A program made the position numbers and the translations under genes. Below the pieces are notes generated by a model. It made no database searches. It saw only the letters and a list, made by a program, of their open reading frames with translations, and had not been told where the DNA came from. 64,000 bases of DNA from Octopus vulgaris. Lineage: Eukaryota. The stretch's first letter is position 1. Every line of letters starts with the position of its first letter. This document shows, in pieces, positions 1 through 12,835 of this stretch. The stretch covers positions 188,418,001 through 188,482,000 of the forward strand of contig OX597814.1 of the NCBI GenBank assembly GCA_951406725.2, given 5' to 3'.

Positions 1-99
1 AGTTTTAAAATATGCTAAATAGTTTCCTTGCTTTAGTAATTCTTTGTTTTATTATATTTTATTATTCCTTTTGCGTAATCTCTCTCTCGCCCTTCCTTT

Positions 100-421
100 C
101 TTCTTCTTTTTCTTCTTATTCTTCTTCTTCTTCTTCTTCTTCTTCTTCTTCTTCTTCTTCTTCTTCTTCTTCTTCTTCTTCTTCTTCTTCTTCTCTCCCC
201 TCTCTCCCACTTTCTTCACATTGAAATATCTCAAATAACATACTTCCGGCTCCGATCTCTTCTGGAATATCCAATTTAATTTCATAATCTTCGTTTTCTG
301 TTTTTCCCTCTCAAATCCGTTTCGTTTCTTCTTCTTTTTCTTATTTCAATTCATCTTCATTTTTTCATTCTGTTTTAATTTATCTTCTTTTATACGTTTT
401 CTCTGATGCTTCTCCCAATTC

Positions 422-474
<53 letters not shown>

Positions 475-509
475 TTCCTCCCTTTCTTTCTTTCTTTCTT
501 CCTTCCTCC

Positions 510-561
<52 letters not shown>

Positions 562-715
562 TTCCTTTTGTTTGTTTGTTTGTTTGTTTCTTTCTTTCCT
601 TCTTTCTTTGTTTCTCCCTATCTCTCTGTCTCTGTCTCCCCGTCTCTGTCTGTTTGTCTGTCTGTCTACCCTCCTCCCTTTCGCTCCCTCCCCTCCCTCA
701 TCTCTCTCTCTCTCT
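100..715. repeat. Pyrimidine-rich microsatellite block: (TCT)n, (TTTC)n, (TTTG)n, (CT)n
   Basis: Direct reading; accounts for the poly-S/F/K ORFs at 12-856. Confidence 0.97.
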
Positions 716-1024
716 GATTTCGCATTTCTCACATTTTCATCTTTGATTTACATTTTACTATTTTCCCCCATCATAAGATTTTTTTCTTCTTTCCTTGAGT
801 TGTTTTCTTTCAATCTCTTTCTCTCTTTTCACTTCCATTCTCTTACAGTCTTTTAGAGATTTTTTTCTTTTTTCCTCTTTCCCATCTTTCTCTCCTTCAA
901 TCTACACAACTGTTGTCGCTACTGCTAATTTTTTTCTTTCTAAGTTTCCATTCCTACTGCCTCAGTTTCTTTACACACCGTTATCATGTCGGCTACAATA
1001 TTTCCATAAGAGGACTTAGTCACC

Positions 1025-1413
1025 GATGACGTCATCTTGGCATTTGGCCAATCGCTAAACATATAACAGGTTCTGACAGTGCACATCAGCGCAAGAATTC
1101 TGAACGCGAAATAAATTAAAACTGTCATTTTCTTTTTTTTATTTAACAAATTTATTTGTTTGTAAATAGGATTATCTGCCGTAGATATTGTCGGCTTATG
1201 AACATATCTATAACTGTTTGAATGATTAACACCGACAAGGGATATATTCTGATGAAATTCCACGAAAAAAAACCAAAAAACTAATTGAAATAAATGCCTC
1301 ATTAAAGAAAATCGCCAATAAATAAATATCAAGACACAGAAAGACTCACCATCGTCTGCTGGGTCAATATGACCTAGCTAATGGCAGTTTACGTCACATG
1401 GACGTCAGCCAAT
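1025..1413. promoter_or_regulatory. Cluster of CRE/bZIP and CCAAT motifs (possible enhancer or promoter)
   Basis: Palindrome GATGACGTCATC 1025-1036 with CCAAT 1048-1052; TTACGTCA 1389-1396 and GACGTCA 1401-1407 with CCAAT 1409-1413, in non-repetitive sequence. Motifs only. Confidence 0.3.
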
Positions 1414-2479
1414 GACTGAATAGACCATCGAAGTTTGCTAGATATCTATCTAAATATCAGCCATTTATTTTCGATTGAGCGGTCAGCATAGCAAACGATA
1501 AATCTACTAAAACAAAAACAGAAAGTAGAATAAAAAAAATCTAAACAAAAAAAAAAAGAAATTAAACGAGAATTGAAACGAACTGCGCAATATTACCGTA
1601 TAAACAACTAATATTGATAAGTTGATAACTAACACTCCTGTTAAAAGCCCATAACGTTTGTTTATTTATTGTTTGTTTTTTTTCCTTTTCATTTTCTAAT
1701 TTCAGTATATTACTGATCTATTAGTTGTCTATTAACTTAGTGAAAGAAAGAAAGGATGGAGGTGGCGGGGGGGGGGGGGGGAAGAGAAATAATAAAAAAA
1801 AACGTAAGTGAACAAGCTGAACGATTTTTAACTGGTAACCTTTCCTGACGTCTTATTCTAAGTACGAAGCCAAATCCGAGAAAACTAATTGGATTGTTTC
1901 AAAGAAATATATTTCCCCTATCTTTTAGCTTCCTTTTTTATTCATATCCCATTAGTACGTGGATGAATAATAGTCTGTGATTCTTTGCTTTCATCAGGTA
2001 TAGAAAGAGGAATCTTCTGAAGACATATTTCAAAAGCCTCATTCAATCTTCCACTCAATATAATTTGTTTATTCAAACTAAAATTCTTTTTACTAATTCA
2101 CATAGGCACTCTGGTCTCTCGTAGTCTACTGTCCTATCATGCGTGTTAATAAACGTCCAGTGGAGGTACCACATTTATTAGAAGGTTTATAATGCCTATT
2201 ACCTCGAACCAATCTTTACTAACAAGCATGATATGCTAGAAGATATTATACACCCATTTATGTTTGGGGGCATATGCCATCCCCCTTGACCGCTTGCTAT
2301 ATGCCTCTGAGGACTATCTCGTTCAAGCTGTCTATCTGTTTGTCACTAACTCATTTACTTAATTAATAACTTAATCACTTAATCGTTCATATAATCAATT
2401 ATTAACTTAGTGATATTACACTGTTGACGTACCGGGGTGAAATAAAGGCATCGTATATTAATAGTAAAGTAATAATGAT

Positions 2480-2691
2480 TTCTAACTTTGGCTCAAAGCC
2501 AGCAATTTCGAGGGAGGAGATAAGTCGATTACGTCGGCTCCAGTCCAGTGTTTAGCTGGTACTTATTTTATCGACAGTGAAAGGATAGAAAACAAAGTCG
2601 ACCTCGGTGGAATTTGAACTCAGAACGTAGAGACAGACGAAACGTTATAAAAACATCTTACCCAGCGCAGTAACGATGATTCTGCCAGCTC

Positions 2692-2729
<38 letters not shown>

Positions 2730-2945
2730 TAATAATTATAATGGTTTCAAATTTTGCCACAAGGGCAGCAATTTTGGGGGAGGGGATGAATCGATTATAT
2801 CGACTCCAGTGTTCAACTGGTACTTATTTTATCGACCCCGAAAGGATGAAAGGCAAAGTCGATTTGAACTCAGAACTTGAACACGGATGAAATGTCGCTA
2901 GGCATTTTGCCTGGCGTGCTAACTACTCTGCCGGCTCATCGCCTT
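2480..2945 (-). mobile_element. Two diverged SINE family A copies separated by (AAT)n
   Basis: Both carry the family core atcgac...gaaaggat...aaagtcga...tttgaactcagaac shared with the 4382, 21056 and 51323 copies. Confidence 0.85.
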
Positions 2946-2972
2946 AACAATAATAATAATTATTATTTTTAT

Positions 2973-3060
2973 TATCAGACTAGTAGTCATGATGGCTATA
3001 CTGGGCTTCGTATATTTTATCCCAGTGTCACTTTGATGTCATGCACTGCTCTCTCACTTA
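2973..3060 (+). mobile_element. Short 3' fragment of the (AAT)n-associated element also at 57211 and 32286
   Basis: gtcatgatggctatactgggcttcgtatattttatcccagtgtcactttg...gcactgctctctcact matches 57690-57770; followed by (AAT)n. Confidence 0.85.
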
Positions 3061-3081
3061 TTAATAATGATGATAATAGTA

Positions 3082-3174
<93 letters not shown>

Positions 3175-3439
3175 GGTGCGCTACGCATGCGAGACTCCAG
3201 GTGTTCCTACAAAACCTGTGATAAAAAGAAGTAATAATAATAACCCAGACAGACGATTAAAAAATCAACTTCGATTATTAATTTTGGTCAAAAAACGTAA
3301 GAGAAATAATTAACACGCGCTGCGAAAATGAGTCTGATATTTGAAAGTATTATGACCATGCAAGGCATGTTTCGGTTTTATTAGACATTCTAAGTAAAGT
3401 ATATTGGCACTAGTATTTACCAGAGCTTATGTATATATA

Positions 3440-3599
3440 GGCGCAGGAGTGGTTCTGTAGTTAGTAGCTTGCTTACCAGCCACATGGCTCCGGGTTCAGT
3501 TCCACTGCATGGCACCTTGGGCAAGTGTCTTCCACTATAGCCTCGGCCCGACCAAAGCTGTGTGAATGGATTTAGAAGACAGAAACTACCTACCAAATC

Positions 3600-3667
<68 letters not shown>

Positions 3668-3997
3668 CATACATATAGATGCATGTATGTATGTATGTAT
3701 GTATGTATGTATGTATGTATGTATGTATGTATGTATGTATGTATGTATGTATGTACGTACGTACGTATGTATGTATGTACGTATGTATGTATGTATGTGC
3801 GTGTGTTTGTCCCCCACCATCACTTGACAACCGATGTTGGTGTGTTTACGTCCCCGAAAAGTTAGCGGTTTGGCTTAAGAGAACGATAGAATAAGTACTG
3901 GGCTTACAAAGAATAAATCTTGGGGTCGACTTGTTCGACTAAAGGCGGTGCTCCAGCATGGCCGCAGTCAAATGACTGAAACAACTAAAAGAATAAA
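3440..3997 (+). mobile_element. SINE family B (tRNA-like head, internal (TA)n/(TATG)n tract)
   Basis: Head ggcgcaggagtgg...gggttcagttcc with A/B-box-like motifs; tail ggcggtgctccagcatggccgcagtcaaatgactgaaac; about 15 copies in the window. Confidence 0.93.
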
Positions 3998-4381
3998 ATA
4001 ATAAAATCAATTTAATCAAATGATAACAACACAACACAACATAATAAAATATTACTAACTATTATAAAAAAGCAATAAAATTAAATAATCTATTTTATAC
4101 ATACCATAAAGCACCTATTATTTTTATATTTTAAATAATATTTATATATTATACAAAACACAAAAAACTAACGAGCAAGACCTGAATATAATGTCTAGAC
4201 AAGTTCTAAAGAACAGATAAAATCTATGTTAAATCCACACATTTCTGTCTTATATATATGCACATGTGTGAACTGACGAGCGAGATATCTAGATTGTAGC
4301 TAGCCATGTTAGGAATGGTAGTAAATGCTCCTTCAAATCACGCTTTTCTGTCTTGCGGTATCCTGATGCATTACTCGGATA

Positions 4382-4621
4382 CCTATTTCTTTACTACCCA
4401 CAAGGGGCTAAACATAGAGGGGACAAACAAGGACAGACAAACGGATCAAGTCGGTTACATCGACCCCAGTGCGTAACTGGTATTTAATTTATCGACCCCG
4501 AAAGGATTAAAGGCAAAGTCGACCTCGGCGAAATTTGAACTCAGAACGTAACGGTAGATGAAATACGGCTACGCATTTCGTCCGGCGTGCTAACGTTTCT
4601 GCCAGCTCGCCGCCTTATTAT
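4382..4621 (-). mobile_element. Full-length SINE family A with 13-bp TSD
   Basis: Minus-strand head ggcggcgagctggcagaaacgttagc...gagttcaaatt; TSD cattactcggata at 4369-4381 and 4622-4634. Confidence 0.95.
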
Positions 4622-4819
4622 CATTACTCGGATATCACCGGGTGTCTCAGCTCGATTTATATAGCAAAACCGGCCAACAAGGCTGAATTTGCGCCGTATC
4701 TCGACTTGATAGAAAGAGCAGCCAATCCATCCAACCATCAATCCACACACACACACAGACGCAGATACAGACACAGATACAGACAGACATATTTAACTTC
4801 CAGACAAGGTTCTCTCTCC

Positions 4820-4985
4820 AGTACGGACGAGATAGTGAAGATGCCGACGACCGCGCGGTTCAAAGTCTCTCTTGACCAGAAATGGCCTGAACTCTTTCTA
4901 TGAACACCCTCCCTGTACATAACTCCATGTCCCCCTACATGGCCTTGCTTTTGCTTTTTGAGTCATAAAAATTAAATTAAATTAA
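4820..4985 (+). mobile_element. 3' end of a CR1-like LINE (ORF2 C-terminus, 3' UTR, (AAATT)n tail)
   Basis: Translation DEIVKMPTTARFKVSLDQKWPELFL* resembles the CR1 ORF2 terminal motif (.EVV...T...FK..LD..W); short-repeat tail. Confidence 0.6.
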
Positions 4986-5159
4986 TATATATATATATAT
5001 ATATATTTAAGTAGTTGAATGAATTATCCTAGTATGGATAATTCGGTTAAACGATACCCGGGTAGAAAATTCACGTCAGAAAACACGGTTGAAGCTACAT
5101 GCCAAGGGCAGAGATCACGTGCTTTCGTGTGGAAATTTGTGTGTTTTTTTTAACTGTAA

Positions 5160-5378
5160 ATAAATGAAAGAATGGAGTCGAACGACGATTTAACAAAATT
5201 CCTTTATTCTCGACATTTGTTTCGAAGACTGCATATTCCTAATTTCGAAGGAATAAGGGGTAAGGCGGCATAATGCACCCCTTATTCCTTCGAAATTAGG
5301 AATATGCAGTCTTCGAAACATATGTCGAGAATAAAGGAATTTTGTTAAATCGTCGTTCGACTCCATTCTTTCATTTAT
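5160..5378. repeat. Near-perfect hairpin with 102-bp arms and 15-nt loop
   Basis: 5160-5261 is the reverse complement of 5277-5378 with one mismatch (5217/5321). Confidence 0.97.
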
Positions 5379-5537
5379 ATATATATTTATATATATATAC
5401 ACACACACACACACATGCAAGACTGTAGGTAGAGCTTGAGGGAAACTTGACTAATTCTTGCAGGTCTAACTTCCACTTAGAGCTCTACTGTTTTTGACTC
5501 ATGCATATACATTCATAAATAAATACATACATGCAAC

Positions 5538-5610
<73 letters not shown>

Positions 5611-5841
5611 ACACACGTATAAATACATATATATGAGGTAGGTACCTGCAGAAACTTTTGAATATTGAACAAAATGTTTTTCAGGTACTGAGTTCAAACT
5701 CAACTGAAATCATCTTACCTCTTTCTTTTGAGGTCAGTATTATCACCAGAGTTGTGGGATTGATTAAAGTATGAACCCGCTCCCACTGAAATCAATTCTT
5801 GGCTTTTGTGGCTATTAGCAATCATTATTTAACTTTCTACG

Positions 5842-5898
<57 letters not shown>

Positions 5899-7703
5899 AA
5901 TTGAGATAGGGGTTGTAAATGCAACCCTCCATGGGATAACATGGCCGAAACAGCTGTAAGATGTAATCTATATTTATATTTATATTTACTTACATTTATA
6001 TTCTCTTATATATATTCTACTTATTGTATAACATTACTCTTTTATGTACACTTTTTTATGTATACTCCTTTATGTACACTGTTTTGCTCTACTTTTTTAT
6101 GTTTAACCCTATAGTTTCTTATGTGGTGGTATAATAAAGTATGTGATTGAGTATTATCTGGTAATTGATATTTGATTTAGATGTATTTCTCTATTTTCTT
6201 ATTTTGCATATATATATATATATCTTATATTTTATATGTAAAGAATAATATGCTATATGTATGTATGTTACTACAATTATCAGTTTAATAAATAAATAAG
6301 TTAACATTTTAATGTCCAAAAGTTGATGAACCACCTATTGTCCTCCTCCATTTTCTTATTTGCTATATATATATATCATATTTATTATATCTTTTACTAG
6401 ACATTGTGAACCCTTCACTACACAAAATCTATTACGTTTCATTTGAATTATGAAGTAACAGTGATAGTGAAACTCTCACCATAGGAACCAAGTGGAAAGT
6501 ATAAAAGTAAAACACATGAACGGTCTGAATATGGAAGATGTCGAGAAACGAGAGAGAGAGATAGAGAGAGAGGGGGGTGAGGGGGAGAGAGAGGTAGGTG
6601 GGGAGAGGGAAGAAGAGAGTAACTCGCTGAAAAGAAATGTGTGAAATGAAAGCAATGTAGTATTTTGGATTTATATTTTAATGGATTTTACAGACCTATT
6701 GCAGAATAATATTTATATCATCAGCTTGGCATGTGCCGTAGAAGGAGAGAAACTGTTGCGCTTGCGGGTAGAGCTATGGTCTTATTCTTCAGGATGTGAC
6801 TACTCCTTATGAGAAATATAATCGCTTACTGGGCTGATTCCATTCTTCTGTACTGTACATAATTGTCTTCCTTATTTCAAGTTCTGTCTTTCTAAAAATT
6901 CCTCTTTTTAAGTAAATTGTCTCATAAATTATATTTGAAATGATATCTATATTATATAATGATTATATTTGTATTATATTCTGTTGTGTCAGGGGAGAGT
7001 CATTTTCTTTTTGTGCCTTATAATTTAACACACTCACCGGTAAAATTGCCATTTTTTTCTTATTTTTATTTTCCTAAAATTTTCGTTGCGTCTTGCAACC
7101 TTTTCAATAGTCTTGACTCTGTCCGTTATTTACACTGCGTTCCTTTCTGTTTGTTTGTACGCATGTATGTGGGTCAGTGTGTGTGTGTGTGTGTGCCTAT
7201 GTATGCATGTACGTATGCATGTATGTATGTATGTATGTATGTATGTATGTATGTATGTATGTATGTATGTATGTATGCATGCGTGTATGTATACATGTGT
7301 GTGTATGTATATGTATATATGTGTGTGCATCTGTATGTATGTATTCTGCATATTAACGAGCTTGCATGTCCGTGTTTGTGTATTTTTTATGTATGTGTGT
7401 GAGCGTGTGTTTGTATATGTATGCACCTCTATCTTCTTGTGTGTGCATGTCTGTGTGTGTGTATATTTTGGAACTATGTACCATGTTTGTATGTGTAGAT
7501 GTCTGTCTCTATATGTGTGGACCCGTGTCTCCATATGTGTCCTTGTGCGGAGTAAAGTGTGTGTATATATTTATATATATGGTCATGTGTTTCAGTCTCC
7601 ATTTGCGTATGTGTGCTTGTCTGTTCATATAACCTATATACCTATCCGTCTGTATGTTGATCTGTTTATTTCCATATCCATATGCTTACATACATGTGCA
7701 TAC

Positions 7704-7768
<65 letters not shown>

Positions 7769-8060
7769 TCTATCAACATAACAGCCCACTGACTATTCTA
7801 CTCTACCTGTGTAAACTGTGGGTACGGAGGTATGATATCTACTATTGTATTATATATTCTTTACTTTCTGATTTTTACGGACACGACTGGTACCTTGTCT
7901 GTCTTGAAAGAGATAGTCTTGGTAGGATTCGGCAGTGGAGCAAAAGGTAGAGCGAAAATTTCTAAATACACAGTATGGTTTAGATTGAATAGCGGTAAGC
8001 ATTTAACAGTGTACCTCTGTCTTCGTAGCCAACTTCACACAGACTGTTTTGTTACTGTTT

Positions 8061-8150
8061 GTTTACGCTACCATCTTTTCACTCCGCATTATTTACGCCA
8101 TCATCTTCATACTCCGCGTTCTTTACGTCACCAACTGATACTCTGCGTTC
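8061..8150 (+). repeat. 30-bp minisatellite, 3 diverged units
   Basis: Unit tttacg.ca.catctt..tactccgcgtt repeated at 8061, 8091 and 8121. Confidence 0.75.
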
Positions 8151-8250
8151 CCTAACCAGTTCAAATCGTCCACCTCACAACAAAGACACACAAAACAAAG
8201 AATTGACTTGGAGCTAAACAACAACGCCAACAAGAATAACAGCAACAACA

Positions 8251-8654
8251 GTGGAAGCGCAATAGCCCAATGGTTAGAGCAGCGGACTCGCGGTCGGAGG
8301 ATCGCGGTTTCGATTCCCAGACCGGGCGTTGTGTGTGTTTATTGAGCGAAAACACCTAAAGCTCCATGATGCTCCGGCAGGAGGTGGTGGCGACCCCTGT
8401 TGTACTCTTTCGCTCTAACTTTATCTCATTCTTTCTTCCTGTTTCTTGTCCCCGACTTCCTACGCAACCGCTGAGCCTGGATGCGCATTCATCCATCCGT
8501 CGATGCTCTCGGTGTCGGGGGTTGACCTCTTTTCTCTTCTGCGGGTCTTACGAATAGCAAAGGACCACGCTTCGGACTTCTCCCACTACAGACAATCTTG
8601 AGGCGCGATCTTGCGAGCTCTGGGACGAAGACCGCTTCGCTCAACAAACACACA
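8251..8654 (+). mobile_element. SINE family C, tail type 1, 13-bp TSD
   Basis: Head gtggaagcgcaatagcccaatggttagagc...ggtttcgattccc; TSD aacagcaacaaca at 8238-8250 and 8655-8667. Confidence 0.92.
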
Positions 8655-10297
8655 AACAGCAACAACAATAGAATACAAAATCTAGACAAGACTGACGTTC
8701 TGCACTCTATACAATTCATCATTGCAAGCCGAGTGTGGTGTATGATTTTAGGTTAGATAGACGAATTGTTTTGACAAAAGAACAGCTATGCTTGTTGCAT
8801 CTCGTCGTAAGCCGACAGCTTACTTCCATAAGTCTTCTCAACCAGAAATAACCGAGAGCTGCACATCGTTAACAACTCCCAGTAAAATATCATGAGAGAA
8901 AGTCATAGAAAAAGGACTGTCTCAAAATGAAGCTATAGAATGGACTAAATTTTCATATGCCGAAAAAATACAGTACAAAATATAAACAAAATAAAGGGTA
9001 ATGGTTTATATTTAAAAAGTATTAGAATGTTAGATTTGAATGCTATAATTTCACTTGATTACTTCTATAAAACATCATATATCGCTCACAGTTGAACGAA
9101 AAACTAACACAGCAAAAATATAAAAATAGCATTATAATAAGTCAAATGGGAATGATACCTTATAATATTAAAAAACAGAAAGAGCAAAGGGAAGTAGCTA
9201 ATGAGAGCCAACAACGGGTGAAATATGGAATGACGCATATCAAACTTTCCCAATAATTTTTCCCTTCCAATTTTCTTTATAGTGGTAGAAAGCAAACAGA
9301 AACTTGAAGGCAATTGTTAGTATAAGAGATAATTTCAAAAATCTGAGAATCAGTTTCAGTTGTTTCAATGTGCATGCATATGGAAAAATGTATGAATTAC
9401 AAGAAGGCTCTTTTTATGTTTCGGTTTTAGTGCACCTCCTCAGTATACATAGTTAAGTGACACCTGGTTCCGGCAATTGACAGTATTTTTTTTCTTACTT
9501 ATAGAAATAAAGTTAGAGGATTTCCAGACAGTATAATTCATATAATTAAAAACAAAAGATGCTGAAGCAAAATAAGATCGCCGATATTTAGTTTAACAAT
9601 GATATCTGATAACAAAACTAACTTCAAAATACAATTGTTTCATAACAAAAGAATTTCAGATGTTTGATTACAGTTCATCATTTTGCTGTAGGAATAGTTC
9701 CAACAGTATCAAAATAAGATATGTGAATAAATAGGTTATTAGAAAAACAAACAGTTTGACTTGGTCTGATGTCTTTTGATGGTTGATATCAGTGAAAAAT
9801 AAGACAGTATTTTCTTAAAATGTATTTCGCATGAACAATCTTCGGAGCACTAACATCGAATTACTTACTGCAAACGTTGATTTCATTTCTTTTCCACCTA
9901 CAAATGTTTTTGCTTGACTTATGCTCCACAAGTTTTGGATGAAATCTAAGTACAGAAGAGAAAAATAAAGATCCCTGAAAAAATTCACCGAGTTTTAAAG
10001 GATTGATGCAGAATAAAGTGTAAATGATAACAAATACTTGAAAAAATTTCAATAGCATTTAGTGTGGTTTGCTTTAAATCTGGCGGAATTAGGACACAAA
10101 TGAAAACACTAATGTAAAGCGACGTTATTGTATTTGGCGTAAACTTAAATTTTAAATTAATTTCGTCATTATGCTAAACAAAAGCACGCAAACATATACA
10201 CATACACACTCATATACACTCCTATACAGATACACACACATATACATCACATACACACGTAGACACGGTCGCCTATATATACGTATATGTTTCTCTG

Positions 10298-10330
<33 letters not shown>

Positions 10331-10334
10331 ACAG

Positions 10335-10517
10335 TAGAGAAAAACCACTATTATGCAATTCAAACAATGATAGACATAAACCAAGTCATAAATAAAAAAT
10401 AAAAGATATTTTTTAAAACATATAACTTGATTACAAAAAGTACAAAAATGAATAATCAATATATAATAAGTAAAAAAACTATCATTGTTTGAATTGCATA
10501 ATAGTGGTTTTTCTCTA
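10335..10517. repeat. 39-bp perfect inverted repeat in a (TA)-flanked dispersed element (second, non-inverted copy at ~16455-16600)
   Basis: tagagaaaaaccactattatgcaattcaaacaatgatag at 10335-10373; exact reverse complement at 10479-10517. Confidence 0.9.
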
Positions 10518-10771
10518 ATTTATATATTATATATTTATATTTTGAAATTTGATTTAATACTAAATTGAATTTATCCCTCTAAGTTTGGAGTTATACTCCC
10601 TAATGTTATATATATATATCCTTTAAAATCCAATGCAAACAGTACAAATAGCATTTCAGATGCTACGATAGCATTTATTCCAAATTTCTATTTTCGCGTG
10701 TCTGGAAATTTATGGACTATGGAATCAAAAAACATTATCATAATCTGGATTATTTTATCTCTTGGATAACA

Positions 10772-10905
10772 CTAGTGGTGTGGAGAGGGGAGGCTGGTAT
10801 GAATGGGCGACTGCTGGTCTTCCATAAACAACCTTGCCCGGACTTGTGCCAGGGAGGGTAACTTTCTAGGTGTAATCCCATGGTCAGTCATGACCGAAGG
10901 GGATC
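10772..10905 (+). mobile_element. SINE family D, 3' fragment
   Basis: gtggagaggggaggctggtatg...ggtcttccataaacaaccttgcccggacttgtgcc matches 25335-25450. Confidence 0.88.
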
Positions 10906-11754
10906 TCAGCTCAATGGATTCTGATATGGTACCGTTGCTTGCAATTGGTTATTAGAAAGCACCTCTCAATGAAGTAATGATTTTATTGCTGCTGGGCATA
11001 AAATTGTCTCCCAGTACGACATTTCTCTGCTAGAGCACAATGTAGACCATCAGCTGACCGCTATCGACCAATGAAAACCAATTTGGACAGTGTTCCATTG
11101 AGCAGATTACAGGTTTCACTTTATGCCGTTTTTGAAAGCCCACACGTACGTAGCTGGATACTCCGAGTAGTAACGGAGCAAATCACCAGCTAACGTCTTG
11201 CGAATAAATTACATTTAATTTCTATGAATTGTCGCTCCAAATATATGATAGCACGTCAAAATCGGTGATTATACGCAAAAACCAGAGAGAAAGGGAGAGA
11301 GGGGAGAGAGCGAGAGAGAGAGAGAGCGGTCGAGGGAGAGAGAGAGGGATAGAGATAGAAAGAAAGGAGAAGGAGAGAAAGTGAGAGAGAGAAAGACAGA
11401 CAGATAAAGAGAGAGAGAAAGGTGAGATTGCTAATTATGGATTTACCGTGGTTGATAAGATCTGGTAAGGAAGTATCTGCTAAACCACAGACAGATAATC
11501 ATTTCCATCAGGAATGTTGGGTGTTGATCTGCGAGCTTCTGGTTTGGCCTTATGTGCAGGTTCGTGAAGATCCAAATACCTTGGAGACCCTGGTGTAGCT
11601 ACCTTCCAGGAACAGTCCTTACTGAATGGTGGATGCCCAGCTTGAACCATGCGGTAGACGTCCAGTGTGATCTGAAATCTCCGCTTCATAGCAGTAACAC
11701 CTAACATTACGTTGTACACCAATATAGTACACGGCGTAACTTATACTCAATCAT

Positions 11755-11946
11755 TACTCTCTTTTACTTGTTACAGTCATTTGACTGCGGCCATGCTGGA
11801 GCACCTCCTCAACCCCGGGACTTATTCTTTTGTAAGCCCAGTACTTATTCTATCGGTCTCTTTTGCCGAACCGCTAAGTAACGGGGACATAAACACACCA
11901 GCATCGGTTGTCAAGCAATGCTAGGGGGACAAACACAGATACACAA

Positions 11947-11977
<31 letters not shown>

Positions 11978-12140
11978 CGACGGGCTTCTTTCAGTTTCCG
12001 TCTACCAAATCCACTCACAAGGCTTTGGTCGGCCCGAGGCTATAGTAGAAGACACTTGCCTAAGATGCCACGCAGTGGGACTGAACCCGGAACCATGTGG
12101 TTGGTAAACAAGCTACTTACAACACAGCCACTCCTGCGCC
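11755..12140 (-). mobile_element. SINE family B
   Basis: Reverse complement of the family B consensus, ending in ctcctgcgcc. Confidence 0.94.
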
Positions 12141-12469
12141 TATTAGCAAGTGAAAAAAAAAAAGAATGAACATTTCTCCTTTGTATACAGGATATATACG
12201 ATATTAGAGCGCCAAAAAGGCTCCTGTACAAAAATTAGATATTATATTTAATGAGTAGAAGTATGGCAGTCGTCGGTTGCTATTCACACTCTCGCTCTCA
12301 GCATTGAAGATTCCGGAGACTTTCCTGAATATGGCTTCGTTTGTGTATAAAGATGATTTCTTCTAGCTAATGCCATGAGGTATTCGTTTGATGACACGAG
12401 GCGTGTGGTTTAATTTTGGCCTGGATGTAGTTGCAGTGCATTTTGTAACTGTTCGTAATACTTTAGTGA

Positions 12470-12835
12470 GGCGCAGGAGTGGCTGTGTGGTAAGTAGCTT
12501 GCTAACCAACCACACGGTTGCGGGTTCAGTCCCACTGCGTAGCATCTTGGGCAAGTGTCGTCTGCTATAGCCCCGGGCCGACCAATGCCTTGTGAGTGGA
12601 TTTGGTAGACGGAAACTGAAAGAAGCCTGTCGTATATATGTATATATATATATGTATATGTATGTCTGTGTTTGTGTGTCTGTGTTTGTCCCCCTAGCAT
12701 TGCTTGACAACCGATGCTGGTGTGTTTACGTCCCCGTCACTTAGCGGTTCGGCAAAAAGAGACCGATAGAATAAGTACTAAAAGGTGGTGCTCCAGCATG
12801 GCCTTAGTCAAATGACTGAAACAAGTAAAAGAGTA
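12470..12835 (+). mobile_element. SINE family B (internal deletion in 3' half)
   Basis: Matches the 3440 and 19742 copies. Confidence 0.94.

Noticed and set aside
1248-1270. CTGATGA...GAAA hammerhead-like words
   Set aside because: No stem II, stem I or cleavage triplet.
940-1332. 130-aa minus-strand ORF
   Set aside because: It runs through poly-A/T low-complexity sequence and has no recognisable domain; joining the candidate upstream exon in this frame creates a stop.
6681-6812. 43-aa ORF containing NIYIISLACAV, resembling GPCR TM2
   Set aside because: It lacks the conserved Asp, has no flanking TM segments or good splice donor, and is probably chance.
8061-8150. CRISPR-like periodicity
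   Set aside because: Contiguous diverged tandem units with no unique spacers and no cas genes, in a eukaryotic context.
8251-8320. tRNA gene candidates at SINE heads (also 23097, 26960, 48666)
   Set aside because: No complete cloverleaf; each continues into a SINE body, several with TSDs.
11480-11722. 80-aa minus-strand ORF as a host exon
   Set aside because: No domain recognised; faint resemblance to a LINE C-terminus; no convincing splice-site pair.
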